64,000 nucleotides of DNA from Candidatus Marinacidobacterales bacterium. GTDB lineage: Bacteria > Acidobacteriota > Vicinamibacteria > Marinacidobacterales > DATDRI01. The stretch's first letter is position 1; each line of letters begins with the position of its first letter. This document shows, one piece after another, positions 10,217 to 19,606 of the stretch. The notes under the pieces were generated by a model. That model saw nothing but the letters and a program-made list of their open reading frames with translations. It searched no databases and was not told the DNA's origin. The position numbers and the translations under genes were made by a program. The stretch lies in NCBI GenBank assembly GCA_965219415.1, contig OZ244742.1, positions 352,001-416,000 of the forward strand. Reading direction: 5' to 3'.

Positions 10217-11710
10217 CTAGGATCCGATTACGGAATGTAGCAGGTCCATAACTAGGCGCGGGTACATCCCGAGCACAATGGACACTGCTGCCACGACAAA
10301 CAAGGGTACGCTCATCGTCCATCGCGGGTCCGAAACGTTCTTCTTCTCGAGCGCGGGACTCAGAGGGCCGAAAAAAATCTGGCGGGCCGCGCCAAAAGAG
10401 TAAGCCACTGTTAACAGGATGGCGATGACGCCACCGAGTGCGATGAGGATCCCACCCGGCCCAGTGAGCAATCCGCGCTCGAAGATCCCCGTGAACATGA
10501 TCCATTCCGCGGTAAAGCTGCTGAAGGGCGGGAACCCGGAGAGCATCATGCAACCCATCACCCATAGGATGGCGGTCAACGGCATTTTCCGAGCCAGGCC
10601 GCCCATTTCTCGCATATCTCGGATCCCCGTGGTGTAGACGACGATCCCCGCCGTCGAGAAAAAGAGCATCTTCCCCATGATGTGGCTCAGGAAGAAAAAC
10701 ATCCCCCCCTCGATGCTTACAGTCGTCAGCGCGCCGAGGCCGAGAACTGAGTACGCGATCTGGCTGATCGTCGAGCACGCCGCCAAGCGTTTGATATCCG
10801 TTTGTGCCAACGTGAGGAGGGATCCGTAAACCATGGTGATGAGGGCGAGCACCATGAGTGGGGTGCCGAACTTCTGAAAATCCGCTGCCAGCGGCAAGAC
10901 TCCAACCCGGATGAGGATATAGAGCCCCAAGTTGGCATAGACCGCCAGCAGCCCGGCAATACACGTCGGGTGCTCAGCATGTACCCAAGGCATCCAGACG
11001 TGGAACGGTACGATCGCTAGCTTCATCAGCAAGCCGAGGATGAACAAGGCGATGGTCCAACTCACCAGGTCGTTTCCCGCCATGCGGTGAAGCTCCGAGA
11101 TTTCGAAACTGCCTATCTGCGTATAGACCGCAACCGATGCCGCAAGAAAGAACAAAGCACCGATGATCCCCCACGCCAAGCTGATGAAGGCGACCCGCAC
11201 CCGTTCCCGGTAACCAAAGTAAGACATCAGGAAGAAGAGGGCGATGGTCAGAACCTCCAAGAAAAAATAGAGGCAAACGAGATTCGTGCTCAAGATCGAC
11301 CCTATGAAACCGGCGGGAAAAAAGAGAAACAGATAAAAGAACCGTGCGTAGTGACCGATTTGCGTCTGCTCGCTGGCGGTGTGATAAAGGAGCTCCACTC
11401 TGTGCTCTACGTAGCGGATGGAGTAGAACCCCAAGGCGGTGCAGAGAAGAACAACAATCGCCAGGGTAGGAAAGCTGAGACCATCGGCCAAGAGTCCCAA
11501 GCGAATATCCGGCGCGATGAGCAGATACTCCTCGGAGACTACCCGCCCGGCATAGATCTCGAAGCCTGCGATCGAGACGAGCAGGGTTGTGTAGAGCATG
11601 GCTAACACCGCCACCCAACCGGACAGGCGCCCGAGTCTCTTCTTGGCCACAAAGATGACTACAGCCGCAACAACGGGAGTCAGAAGGATCTGTAGGAGGA
11701 TCGCCGACAT
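10217..11710 (-). CDS. Antiporter-like membrane subunit (NuoM/MrpD family)
   Basis: LADGLS, YFFLE, KLAIVPFHVWMP, QTDIKRLAACSTISQ, GGLARKMP, GFPPFSSFTAEW. Confidence 0.88.
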   Translation of the reverse strand: MSAILLQILLTPVVAAVVIFVAKKRLGRLSGWVAVLAMLYTTLLVSIAGFEIYAGRVVSEEYLLIAPDIRLGLLADGLSFPTLAIVVLLCTALGFYSIRYVEHRVELLYHTASEQTQIGHYARFFYLFLFFPAGFIGSILSTNLVCLYFFLEVLTIALFFLMSYFGYRERVRVAFISLAWGIIGALFFLAASVAVYTQIGSFEISELHRMAGNDLVSWTIALFILGLLMKLAIVPFHVWMPWVHAEHPTCIAGLLAVYANLGLYILIRVGVLPLAADFQKFGTPLMVLALITMVYGSLLTLAQTDIKRLAACSTISQIAYSVLGLGALTTVSIEGGMFFFLSHIMGKMLFFSTAGIVVYTTGIRDMREMGGLARKMPLTAILWVMGCMMLSGFPPFSSFTAEWIMFTGIFERGLLTGPGGILIALGGVIAILLTVAYSFGAARQIFFGPLSPALEKKNVSDPRWTMSVPLFVVAAVSIVLGMYPRLVMDLLHSVIGS

Positions 11711-11711
11711 C

Positions 11712-13757
11712 CTAGCTTCCGCCCGTTCCCAAGAACAGGAAGGTCAAGAACAAGACGAATAGCACCAATACATACGAAACGTTGTAAACAAGCTCCTCCG
11801 TTTCCGTCCGCAAGCGATGCAGAAGACGCTGGGTGCTTTGTGTGAACAACGACGGAAGCCTACGATGCACGAGGTGATCGAACGGGTCTTCGAGGTCGTC
11901 GGCCACGAAAGAACCGAGCCGTTTGGTTCCGTCGACGACAATGCGATTGTAGAGTGCATCGATGAACCATCGGTTCCAAAAGAAAGTGTAGAGCGGTCGA
12001 AACGGGGAGCCTTCTTCCAGCAACGCTTGGGGAGAGGCCTTGCGCGCGATGTAGAGGTAGTAGGCAGGCGCCGCACCGATCGCAACAAACAGCAAGGCGA
12101 GAAAGGGTACCCATCCGTGGGATGAGGCCTCTTCGTCTACCGTGCTAATCAGAGCTACCTCACCCGCCGCGCTAGCCTCGAACCCATGGTGCAACACCTT
12201 CTCGAGAGATGGTCCGCCGATGCCGGCGGCGACGATGAACACGGCAAGAATTCCAGTGGCCCATCGCATCGAGGCCTGTCCGTCATTCAAGTGCCCGCCT
12301 TCCTCTTTGACATGGAGGAGGTTCTTGCTTTCTGGACCGTAAAAAACAAGACCGAGAAAACGGACGGTGTAGAACGCAGTGAGCCCCGCGGTAACCAACG
12401 CCAGAACGAATAACGGGAGGTTCGCTTCTAGCGTAACTATCAGCACCGCATCCTTGCTCCAAAATCCAGGAAATGGCGGTAGACCCACCAAAGACATGCC
12501 GGCGATCAACATGAAGATCCAGGTAAGCGGCAGATACTTCCTGACCGCGCCCATGTCCTGCACGTAGATGGAGTGGACGGCGTGAATGACGGTACCCGCA
12601 GCGAGGAACAAGCAGGCCTTGAACAGGGCATGGCTCACCAAATGGAAGATGCCGGCTGTGTAACCGTCAAGCAAAAGTCTCGGCGCCAGACCCGCGACGC
12701 CAAGCGCCAGCATCATGTACCCGATCTGGCTCACCGTGGAATAAGCGAGAATCTTCTTGAGCTCCAGCGACACAATGCCCTGCGTCGCGGCGAGAAAAGC
12801 GGTGAACGCCCCGATCCAGGCAGTCAGGTAGAAAAACCACGAAGCTTCATCGACACCCACCACCCAATAGCCGTAGTAGAAGAATGGGAGAATTCGCGCC
12901 ACGAAGTAGACACCGCTCTTCACCATCGTTGCCGCGTGGATGAGTGCCGACACCGGCCCCGGACCGGCCATCGCCTCTGGAAGCCATTCATGGAACGGAA
13001 ACTGCGCCGACTTGCCCACCGGCCCCGCCAGCAGCAGCACGCTAACGAGCACGAGCATACCGGGCGTCTCCGCCATTTTCGGAATCCAGGTGGAGGAGGT
13101 TTGGTAGAGCTCTAGGAAGTTCAGCGTCCCAGAGTAGAAGAACATGATCAGGATCCCACCCAACATGAGCATGTCTCCCGCGCCGGTCACTACCAATGCC
13201 TTGAGCCCGGCCTGAGACGGTGTTACGAAGGTGGTAGGAGGCGGTCCTCCGATCCAGTATTCGCGTTGATCCTGATAGTAGTAACCGATGAGGCCGTAGC
13301 TACAAACCCCTACCAATTTCCAGCCCACGAAGACGAAAAGGAGGTTGTTGGATAGGACCAGCAGCAGCATGCTGCCGATGAATCCGTTCATCCACATCCA
13401 GAACCGCGTGCGGTTCGCATCGTCTTTCATGTAACCGACGCAGTAGACCATGATGATGAAACTCACCACTGCCACCACGTTGGCAAGGACGATGCTGAGG
13501 GGGTCGAGCAGGACGCCGAAACCGATGCCGATGGGTTCTCCTAGCCAGCCGAGCTTGCTCTCCAGGGGAAGCGTGTCCGGATGCAGCAGTTCCGGAAGTA
13601 GGGAAAGCGCCGTTGCCGCAGAGACGAAGGAAAAGAAGACCGCGCCTAAGTCGCGGACCCTCGGGTGGATCCGTGCGAGCACGGGGGTGACAGCCGCGCC
13701 CGCCAATGGCGAGAAGATGCAGATCCAAGCGGCAAGGATGGCAGTCAAACTTGTCAC
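11712..13757 (-). CDS. Antiporter-like membrane subunit (NuoL/MrpA family)
   Basis: GKSAQFPFHEWLPEAMAGPGPVSALIHAATMVKSG, KKILAYSTVSQIGYM, HALFKACLFL, GFWSKD. Confidence 0.9.
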   Translation of the reverse strand: MTSLTAILAAWICIFSPLAGAAVTPVLARIHPRVRDLGAVFFSFVSAATALSLLPELLHPDTLPLESKLGWLGEPIGIGFGVLLDPLSIVLANVVAVVSFIIMVYCVGYMKDDANRTRFWMWMNGFIGSMLLLVLSNNLLFVFVGWKLVGVCSYGLIGYYYQDQREYWIGGPPPTTFVTPSQAGLKALVVTGAGDMLMLGGILIMFFYSGTLNFLELYQTSSTWIPKMAETPGMLVLVSVLLLAGPVGKSAQFPFHEWLPEAMAGPGPVSALIHAATMVKSGVYFVARILPFFYYGYWVVGVDEASWFFYLTAWIGAFTAFLAATQGIVSLELKKILAYSTVSQIGYMMLALGVAGLAPRLLLDGYTAGIFHLVSHALFKACLFLAAGTVIHAVHSIYVQDMGAVRKYLPLTWIFMLIAGMSLVGLPPFPGFWSKDAVLIVTLEANLPLFVLALVTAGLTAFYTVRFLGLVFYGPESKNLLHVKEEGGHLNDGQASMRWATGILAVFIVAAGIGGPSLEKVLHHGFEASAAGEVALISTVDEEASSHGWVPFLALLFVAIGAAPAYYLYIARKASPQALLEEGSPFRPLYTFFWNRWFIDALYNRIVVDGTKRLGSFVADDLEDPFDHLVHRRLPSLFTQSTQRLLHRLRTETEELVYNVSYVLVLFVLFLTFLFLGTGGS

Positions 13758-15259
13758 CTACCGAAGCCCTCGGGAACCGCATGGTCCAAGAAGAGCGAGA
13801 CGACCTCACCGTTGAAAACACCTAGCAAAATGATCCCGGCCGCCAGAGCCAGCATCGGGGCCAGCATCATTCCGGGAGCCTCGTTCTTCCGCGGCTCCTC
13901 ATTCTCAGAAACCGAGCCCGACGGCTCGTCCGCAGGGAGGTACATGAACCGGATGACGTTACCCAAATAGGCTAGGGCCAAAACACTACTAAAAAGGATG
14001 AAACCAACGAAGATCCACTCCCCCGCCTCGATCGCACCGGCGATCAGGTAGAGCTTGCTAAAGAATCCACAAGCCGGTGGAATACCGATCATAGAAAATG
14101 CGGCCACGATGAAGATGCCGGCCGTCCAAGGCATTTTCGCGGAGAGATTCCGGAACTCGCTGATTCGCCGTAGTCCGGTCCGATAAACGATGGCACCGGC
14201 CACCAAGAAGAGGCACCCCTTCATGAAAGCGTGGTTGACAAGGTGCAAGAGCCCACCGGTCAGACCAGCGCGGTTGGCTAGACCCACACCGAGAACGATG
14301 TACCCGATCTGCGCCACCGAAGAATAAGCGAGCATTCGCTTGAAGTCGGTCTGAGCGATCGCCATGACCGAGCCCAGGACCATGGCGACGGCGCCCATCC
14401 AGCTCAAGAGCGTCGTGACCGGAATCATCTCGATCGAAAAGCGAGGCTCGAATACAAAGAACATGACGCGAACCAGAACGTATGCGGCTACCTTGGTCGT
14501 GGTCGCTGCAATCAGAGCGCTCACCGCGGAAGGGGCGTCGGTGTATGCGCCGGGGAGCCACGCGTGCATGGGAAACAAAGCCATCTTGATGGAAATACCG
14601 ATGATGAAGAAAGCGAATCCCACCAGCACCACATCGGACTGGTAGAGTCCAGGAAGGATGCCCGACATGTCCGCCATATTGAGCGTGCCAGTCACACTGT
14701 AGAGATAGCCCACGGATAGCAGGTAGAACGCCGCCCCCACCGTGCCGAGAATGACGTATCGGAATGCCGAGACTACCGCCCGCCCACCACCCACTGAGAT
14801 AAGGGCGTAACTGGTCAGGGAAGTGACTTCGAGGAAGACATACAAGTTGAACATGTCCGCGGTCACGACGATGCCCATGAGACCGCCGACCAGCAATAGA
14901 TACACGGCGTAAAAAGGAACTTCCTTGGCTGGCAACTCCTTCAAAACGCTCTTTTTCGAATAGATCCCCACTACGAGCGTGATGAAGCTCAGGAGCAACA
15001 ACATGAGGGCCGCAAGATGGTCGACGTGGTACTCGATTCCCCAAGGAGGAGCCCAGCCCCCCATGAAGTATCGGATCGGACCCTGCGTCACCACTTCTCG
15101 GGCCGCTAGGATCGAAGCCCCGAAAGAAAAGCCCAACGCCGCTAATGCGAGCGGGAATGCCACTTCCTTCTTCCACCACCCCACAACGGGCAGGATGAAG
15201 GCGGTGATGAAGGGGGCACCGATAATGAGGATCGGCAACACCGATTGCTGGGTGCTCAT
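13754..15259 (-). CDS. mrpD: Mrp/Mnh antiporter subunit D
   Basis: GGWAPPWGI, DMFNLYVFLE, KMALFPMHAWLPGAY, KRMLAYSSVAQIGY, GIPPACGFFSK. Confidence 0.9.
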   Translation of the reverse strand: MSTQQSVLPILIIGAPFITAFILPVVGWWKKEVAFPLALAALGFSFGASILAAREVVTQGPIRYFMGGWAPPWGIEYHVDHLAALMLLLLSFITLVVGIYSKKSVLKELPAKEVPFYAVYLLLVGGLMGIVVTADMFNLYVFLEVTSLTSYALISVGGGRAVVSAFRYVILGTVGAAFYLLSVGYLYSVTGTLNMADMSGILPGLYQSDVVLVGFAFFIIGISIKMALFPMHAWLPGAYTDAPSAVSALIAATTTKVAAYVLVRVMFFVFEPRFSIEMIPVTTLLSWMGAVAMVLGSVMAIAQTDFKRMLAYSSVAQIGYIVLGVGLANRAGLTGGLLHLVNHAFMKGCLFLVAGAIVYRTGLRRISEFRNLSAKMPWTAGIFIVAAFSMIGIPPACGFFSKLYLIAGAIEAGEWIFVGFILFSSVLALAYLGNVIRFMYLPADEPSGSVSENEEPRKNEAPGMMLAPMLALAAGIILLGVFNGEVVSLFLDHAVPEGFGR

Positions 15260-15654
15260 TACGGATTGCCGGAGGAGGCCCTTACTTTGTCGAGCAGCTC
15301 ATCCTCCGCCAGTGTCCCGTAGCGTTTGTAGATTCGCAGCAAGAGAGCCAGGGCGACACCGGTCGTCGCGACTCCCACGACGATGGCGGTCAGCATCAGG
15401 ACGTGGGGCAACGGGTTCACGTAGCGAGCAGCTTCTAGAACTACATGCTCTCCGTGGCCTCCCTCGACGATGGGTATGGTCGCACCTCGCTTCGCACCGA
15501 GGGAAACCACGAACAGAATGATTGACCACTGGAAGATATTCATCCCCACGAGCTTCTTGACTAGATTCGTCTTGCCGGTCATCGCATAGAAGCCGATCAT
15601 CATGAGGATGATATAGGTGACGTTATTGAAGTGTCCGATGACGAAGTCGGCCAT
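15259..15654 (-). CDS. mrpC: Mrp/Mnh antiporter subunit C
   Basis: NLVKKLVG, NPLPHVLMLTAIVVG, YGTL motifs. Confidence 0.92.
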   Translation of the reverse strand: MADFVIGHFNNVTYIILMMIGFYAMTGKTNLVKKLVGMNIFQWSIILFVVSLGAKRGATIPIVEGGHGEHVVLEAARYVNPLPHVLMLTAIVVGVATTGVALALLLRIYKRYGTLAEDELLDKVRASSGNP

Positions 15655-15662
15655 CGATTCCT

Positions 15663-16079
15663 CTACTCGAATGTGATCAGGTCGTGAAAGATAGAGACCA
15701 TGACCGCCATGACCGTTATTCCCACGCCGATCTCGATCCCCAAGGAGCCGATGATGCGGGGCTGGACGATAGGAAGGATCCCGTAATCGAGAAAATTCGC
15801 ACCGAGGAACAAGCAGAGGACACCGACCGCAGCGTAGAGGAAGACGCCCAGACTCGTGAGAACAGTCAACGACGCTAGAGAGAACCTTTCTTTCACTTCG
15901 TCGATACCATAGCCGAGCGAAAGCAAGATGAAGCTAGAACCCAGGATCACGCCCCCCTGAAAACCTCCCCCAGGACTGCTGTGCCCGTGCATGATGACGT
16001 AGAGGCCGAACAATTGGACGAAGGGGACGAGGCTCCGACAGACCGTCTTCACGATGACACTCTGTTGTTTCTGAATCAC
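15663..16079 (-). CDS. mrpB: Mrp/Mnh antiporter subunit B
   Basis: HGHSSPGGGFQGG signature; EIGVGITV. Confidence 0.92.
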   Translation of the reverse strand: MIQKQQSVIVKTVCRSLVPFVQLFGLYVIMHGHSSPGGGFQGGVILGSSFILLSLGYGIDEVKERFSLASLTVLTSLGVFLYAAVGVLCLFLGANFLDYGILPIVQPRIIGSLGIEIGVGITVMAVMVSIFHDLITFE

Positions 16080-16081
16080 TC

Positions 16082-16360
16082 TTAGTCCTCGTCTCGGCGC
16101 GTTCGCAGGATCAGAATTACTGCCACTGCAGCAGTGAAGATGACGATGGTCTCCCCCAACGTGTCGAAGCTGCGGTAATCGGCCAAGACCGCGGTGACCA
16201 TGTTCGGAGTGTTGGTCTCGGAGTACCCTTCCTCAATGTATCTTGGAGATACATGCAGACTGGCGGGCGACTTCGGATCGCCCGTATCAGACATGTCTAG
16301 CGAACCGAAGAAGAGCAACAGCCCGGTCAATCCGGTTACAACCAGGTGGGGGTACTTCAA
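16082..16360 (-). CDS. Stand-alone MbhE-like subunit (part of the MrpA C-terminal region)
   Basis: PNMVTAVLADYRSFDTLGE signature; TTG start at 16360 overlaps upstream stop. Confidence 0.85.
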   Translation of the reverse strand: MKYPHLVVTGLTGLLLFFGSLDMSDTGDPKSPASLHVSPRYIEEGYSETNTPNMVTAVLADYRSFDTLGETIVIFTAAVAVILILRTRRDED

Positions 16361-16602
16361 TCTTTGCTCACTCTGTCCGTCTTGAAGACGGTGATGACGA
16401 AGAGGACGGTAGTAATACCGGCACCCACCGAGGCTTCGGTGAAGGCGACGTCTACTGCGCCCATCTCCACCCACAACAAGCACATGAACAAACTAAAGGC
16501 TCCCAGCAGAATGACCGATGCCAGTAGATCCTTCACCATGACCGCCGAGAGGGCGCACACCACAGAGAACAGAAGCAACACGACATCCAGTTGCCAGATC
16601 AC
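16357..16602 (-). CDS. Stand-alone MbhD/DUF4040-like subunit
   Basis: KDLLASVI, AVDVAFTEASVGAGITT signature. Confidence 0.88.
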   Translation of the reverse strand: MIWQLDVVLLLFSVVCALSAVMVKDLLASVILLGAFSLFMCLLWVEMGAVDVAFTEASVGAGITTVLFVITVFKTDRVSKD

Positions 16603-16920
16603 TTAGCCCTCTTCTCCTACACTTCCGCTTTCCTTGGTCCAAATCGGCATCTTGTTCTGGAGCGCGGCCCTCGCTATGGCATGGGTCGCGGTGGGACTGG
16701 TCACGAAGATGAAAAGCGCGATGAACAATATTTTGACACCGGTGAGGTCGATGCCCTCGTAAAACGCGAGACCGGTGAGCACGAGCAAACTGCCCAGCGT
16801 GTCGCTCTTTCCGGCGGCATGCATCCTCGTGTAGAAATCAGGGAATCGGAGGAGCCCGATCGAGCCCATCAGGAGAAAGAAGACTCCCGAGCACACGAGG
16901 GCCACCGCAAGGGCGGTCAT
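16603..16920 (-). CDS. mrpG: Mrp/Mnh antiporter subunit G
   Basis: GLLRFPDFYTRMHAAGKSDTLG, PTATHAIARA. Confidence 0.93.
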   Translation of the reverse strand: MTALAVALVCSGVFFLLMGSIGLLRFPDFYTRMHAAGKSDTLGSLLVLTGLAFYEGIDLTGVKILFIALFIFVTSPTATHAIARAALQNKMPIWTKESGSVGEEG

Positions 16921-17204
16921 GGCACCATCCTACGATCTTCGACACCCTTCCTCTCGAAGAACTTCGAAAGCGCTAAGGCGCCAATGAAATTGATGAGCGC
17001 ATAGACGAAAGCGATGTCGATGAAAAATTCGACCCGGTCGAAGATAAATCCAGTGAGCACGATGATGGCGATCGACTTCGTGCCGATCACGTTGACGCCG
17101 ATGATGCGATCGATGATGACCGGTCCCGCGACCACACGGTAGAGCGAAAGCAAGACGGCAAACAGAATGATCAGAGAGGCGGCAATGAAAAAGGCCGGCA
17201 TCAC
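16917..17204 (-). CDS. mrpF: Mrp/Mnh antiporter subunit F
   Basis: RVVAGPVIIDRII, DIAFVYALINFIG. Confidence 0.9.
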   Translation of the reverse strand: MMPAFFIAASLIILFAVLLSLYRVVAGPVIIDRIIGVNVIGTKSIAIIVLTGFIFDRVEFFIDIAFVYALINFIGALALSKFFERKGVEDRRMVP

Positions 17205-17746
17205 TGCTCTCGACTGGCGTCGGAACCATTCTGAGGGCCCGGTTCGAGAAAGACGTGTGCGACGCGCCGTTCCATTTCACCGGTAAGCAAATCCTTCACC
17301 ACTTTGTCACTCAACGCGTGAATGTAGAACTCGTCATCGCTGACATCCATGGTAATCGTCCCAGGCGTCAGAGTGATGGAGTTACCGAGGGTAACCTTGG
17401 CGAGGTCACTCGTCAGAGTCGTTTTGAACCGGACAATCTGAGGGCGAATCTTACTCGGATAGAAGACGAGGTGCACGACATGAAGGTTCGCCAACAACAC
17501 TTGGTAGACCAGCCAGGGTATATAGTGAAGAAACCGCCACGCTTTCAGTAGCTTGTTTCGTGACTTCAGGTCGGGGAGTAACAGATCGTAGGAGAAGAAC
17601 GCGACGAGTCCGGCACAAATGACACCTAGACTGATATGGAACCGATCGAAGTGTCCGGAGAAGATCAGCCAAAAGCCAAACAGGATAAGAAAGACAATGG
17701 CCCGCCTGATGTTGTCCGTCCGTTCGTGTTCAACTTCCGAGGCCAT
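17201..17746 (-). CDS. mrpE: Mrp/Mnh antiporter subunit E
   Basis: FWLIFSG, ANLHV, NSITLTPGTIT, YIHAL. Confidence 0.92.
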   Translation of the reverse strand: MASEVEHERTDNIRRAIVFLILFGFWLIFSGHFDRFHISLGVICAGLVAFFSYDLLLPDLKSRNKLLKAWRFLHYIPWLVYQVLLANLHVVHLVFYPSKIRPQIVRFKTTLTSDLAKVTLGNSITLTPGTITMDVSDDEFYIHALSDKVVKDLLTGEMERRVAHVFLEPGPQNGSDASREQ

Positions 17747-17805
17747 GCCCCTCCCTTCGTCCAACCGGGGTGAATTCTATCACCATATGGACCCATGGAA
17801 AGGCT

Positions 17806-17927
17806 TTTAGACAGGACTACAGGGGCGTCTGGCCACCTTGCTAGGTAGCACCGCGCCATTTTTGAGCCCTGCATGTAGGGCGTTTGATAGCAGCAACTTT
17901 AATCCTCTTAACCTGTTATCCCGTCTA
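17806..17927. repeat. Short intergenic element, family A copy 2 (TAGACAGGA...TCCCGTCTA termini)
   Basis: Inverted termini; first ~60 bp align with the reverse complement of 53752-53830; right end contains the CRTAC1 gene stop. Confidence 0.8.
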
Positions 17928-19592
17928 GTTTTTCTTTGTCTTTCTTTTCCAGACGATTCCAGCGCCTTCCAACACGGTATAGGACCCCGGGCCGAGCTCG
18001 GTCAAGGTCTCGCGCCTCCCGCTCGGCCATCGGATAGTGAGCCTATCGACCTTCGCGGAGGCTCCCAGACCGATGTAGATTCGTGAATCGCTATGAGATT
18101 GATAGCCACGGCCTCCGCGCACTTCACGGATCGTCTTACGCGCCCCCAACGCCCCGGTTACGAAGGCCCCCACCCCCGCGCGATTGGATTCCCGACCAAC
18201 TAGGGTCAACACTAACGTGCGATCGGTGACCGGAAAACGGTTCCGAATCAGCGCGGGAGCACCATCCATCACGTTGACCACGACGTCCTGGCTCTGATCT
18301 CCATCCAGATCGCCCAGCGCCGAGCCTCGCGAAGCGCGAGGCTCCAAGAGAACCGATCCGAGGCCTGCGCTGGCGTCTTCGAACTTGCCCTGCCCGTCGT
18401 TGAGAAAAACCTGCATCGGCTGACGGAAGCTTGCGTCGACGTCCGAACCCTCTACCTGCGGGTAAACGTGTCCATTCACCACGAAAATATCCAGGTCTCC
18501 ATCTGCATCCAGATCGGCAAGCCTCGTGCTCCATCCGAGATAGTGAAGGCTCGCCAAACCTAGGCCCGCCAAATCCGTGGAGTCGACGAACGTCAAGCCC
18601 TCCTGGTTCAAGTAGAGCGTGTTGTAGTCGTCCGAGAAGTTCGTAACGAACAGGTCCGGACGGCCGTCACCGTTCACGTCCCCGACGTCGATTCCCATCC
18701 CCGCTTGTTCCATTCCGTTCTGAGATAGTGCCGTTCCCGACAGGAGTGATAGATCCCGAAACCGCCCAGCGCCTTGATTTTCGAAGAGAAGGTTGAACGT
18801 AGAGTCGGTCGCAACGTAGAGGTCCTGATCCCCGTCCAAGTCCAGGTCGGAGAAGATGGCACCGAGTTGGTACGTCTCGCGGTTCAGAATCCCCGCTCGC
18901 TCCGACCAGTCCTCGAAAGTCCCATCCCCCTGGTTGTGATAGAGCACTCCGGATTCGAAACCGAAACCCTTGGGTCCACACTGTACCTTGAGCCCCTTCC
19001 ATTCACAGAACCGTCGCGGGATCGCGCGATCGAGGAGCTCACGGTCGAAGTCGAGGTAATTGCTGACGTAGAGATCGAGGAATCCGTCGTTATCGACATC
19101 ACCGAATACGGCTGTCGAGCTCCACCGTGCTTCCTCGACCCCCACCGGGCTCGCGTCGAACGTACCGTCCCCGTTGTTGCGATAGAGGACATTGGATCCG
19201 TAGTTGGTCAAATAGAGATCGGGATCCCCGTCGTTGTCGACGTCGGCTACCGCGACACCTTGGCCGAACCCTCGATCGCCAACTCCCGCCTGTTCAGTCA
19301 CGTCGGTGAACGACCAAGCTCGATCGTTTCGGAATAGCCGATTTGCCTCGCCGGGCTCACCGGACGCGAGCCTTTGGAGCGTCGAGGCATTGACGAGGTA
19401 GATATCGAGATCGGAGTCGCCGTCGTAGTCGAAGAGCGCGACTCCCGAACCCATCGTCTCAACGATGTAGTCTTTCTGCGGTGTTCCAGCCAAATGTCTG
19501 AAGTCGAGTGTGGGGCCGCGCTCAAAACGCTCCTCCGCGGCTGCGGGAACAGTGAGCGCTGCCAGGAACGCGAAGACGAAAGCGTGCGTCAA
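17925..19592 (-). CDS. CRTAC1-family protein (FG-GAP repeats + ASPIC/UnbV domain), exported
   Basis: ETMGSGVALFDYDGD, repeated DxDxDGxxD, AGMGID, GGRGYQS, IRWPSG; start uncertain (TTG 19592). Confidence 0.88.
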   Translation of the reverse strand: MTHAFVFAFLAALTVPAAAEERFERGPTLDFRHLAGTPQKDYIVETMGSGVALFDYDGDSDLDIYLVNASTLQRLASGEPGEANRLFRNDRAWSFTDVTEQAGVGDRGFGQGVAVADVDNDGDPDLYLTNYGSNVLYRNNGDGTFDASPVGVEEARWSSTAVFGDVDNDGFLDLYVSNYLDFDRELLDRAIPRRFCEWKGLKVQCGPKGFGFESGVLYHNQGDGTFEDWSERAGILNRETYQLGAIFSDLDLDGDQDLYVATDSTFNLLFENQGAGRFRDLSLLSGTALSQNGMEQAGMGIDVGDVNGDGRPDLFVTNFSDDYNTLYLNQEGLTFVDSTDLAGLGLASLHYLGWSTRLADLDADGDLDIFVVNGHVYPQVEGSDVDASFRQPMQVFLNDGQGKFEDASAGLGSVLLEPRASRGSALGDLDGDQSQDVVVNVMDGAPALIRNRFPVTDRTLVLTLVGRESNRAGVGAFVTGALGARKTIREVRGGRGYQSHSDSRIYIGLGASAKVDRLTIRWPSGRRETLTELGPGSYTVLEGAGIVWKRKTKKN

Positions 19593-19606
19593 GGTGATAG
19601 GGGGAG

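Noticed and set aside
14058-15179. Long alternative-frame ORFs (e.g. 14058-15179, 25130-26161, 34602-35591)
   Set aside because: Shadow ORFs overlapping well-supported genes in GC-rich DNA, with no recognisable motifs
10217-17746. Respiratory complex I or membrane-bound hydrogenase operon
   Set aside because: No NuoB/C/D/H/I or NiFe subunits; only Mrp-type membrane subunits
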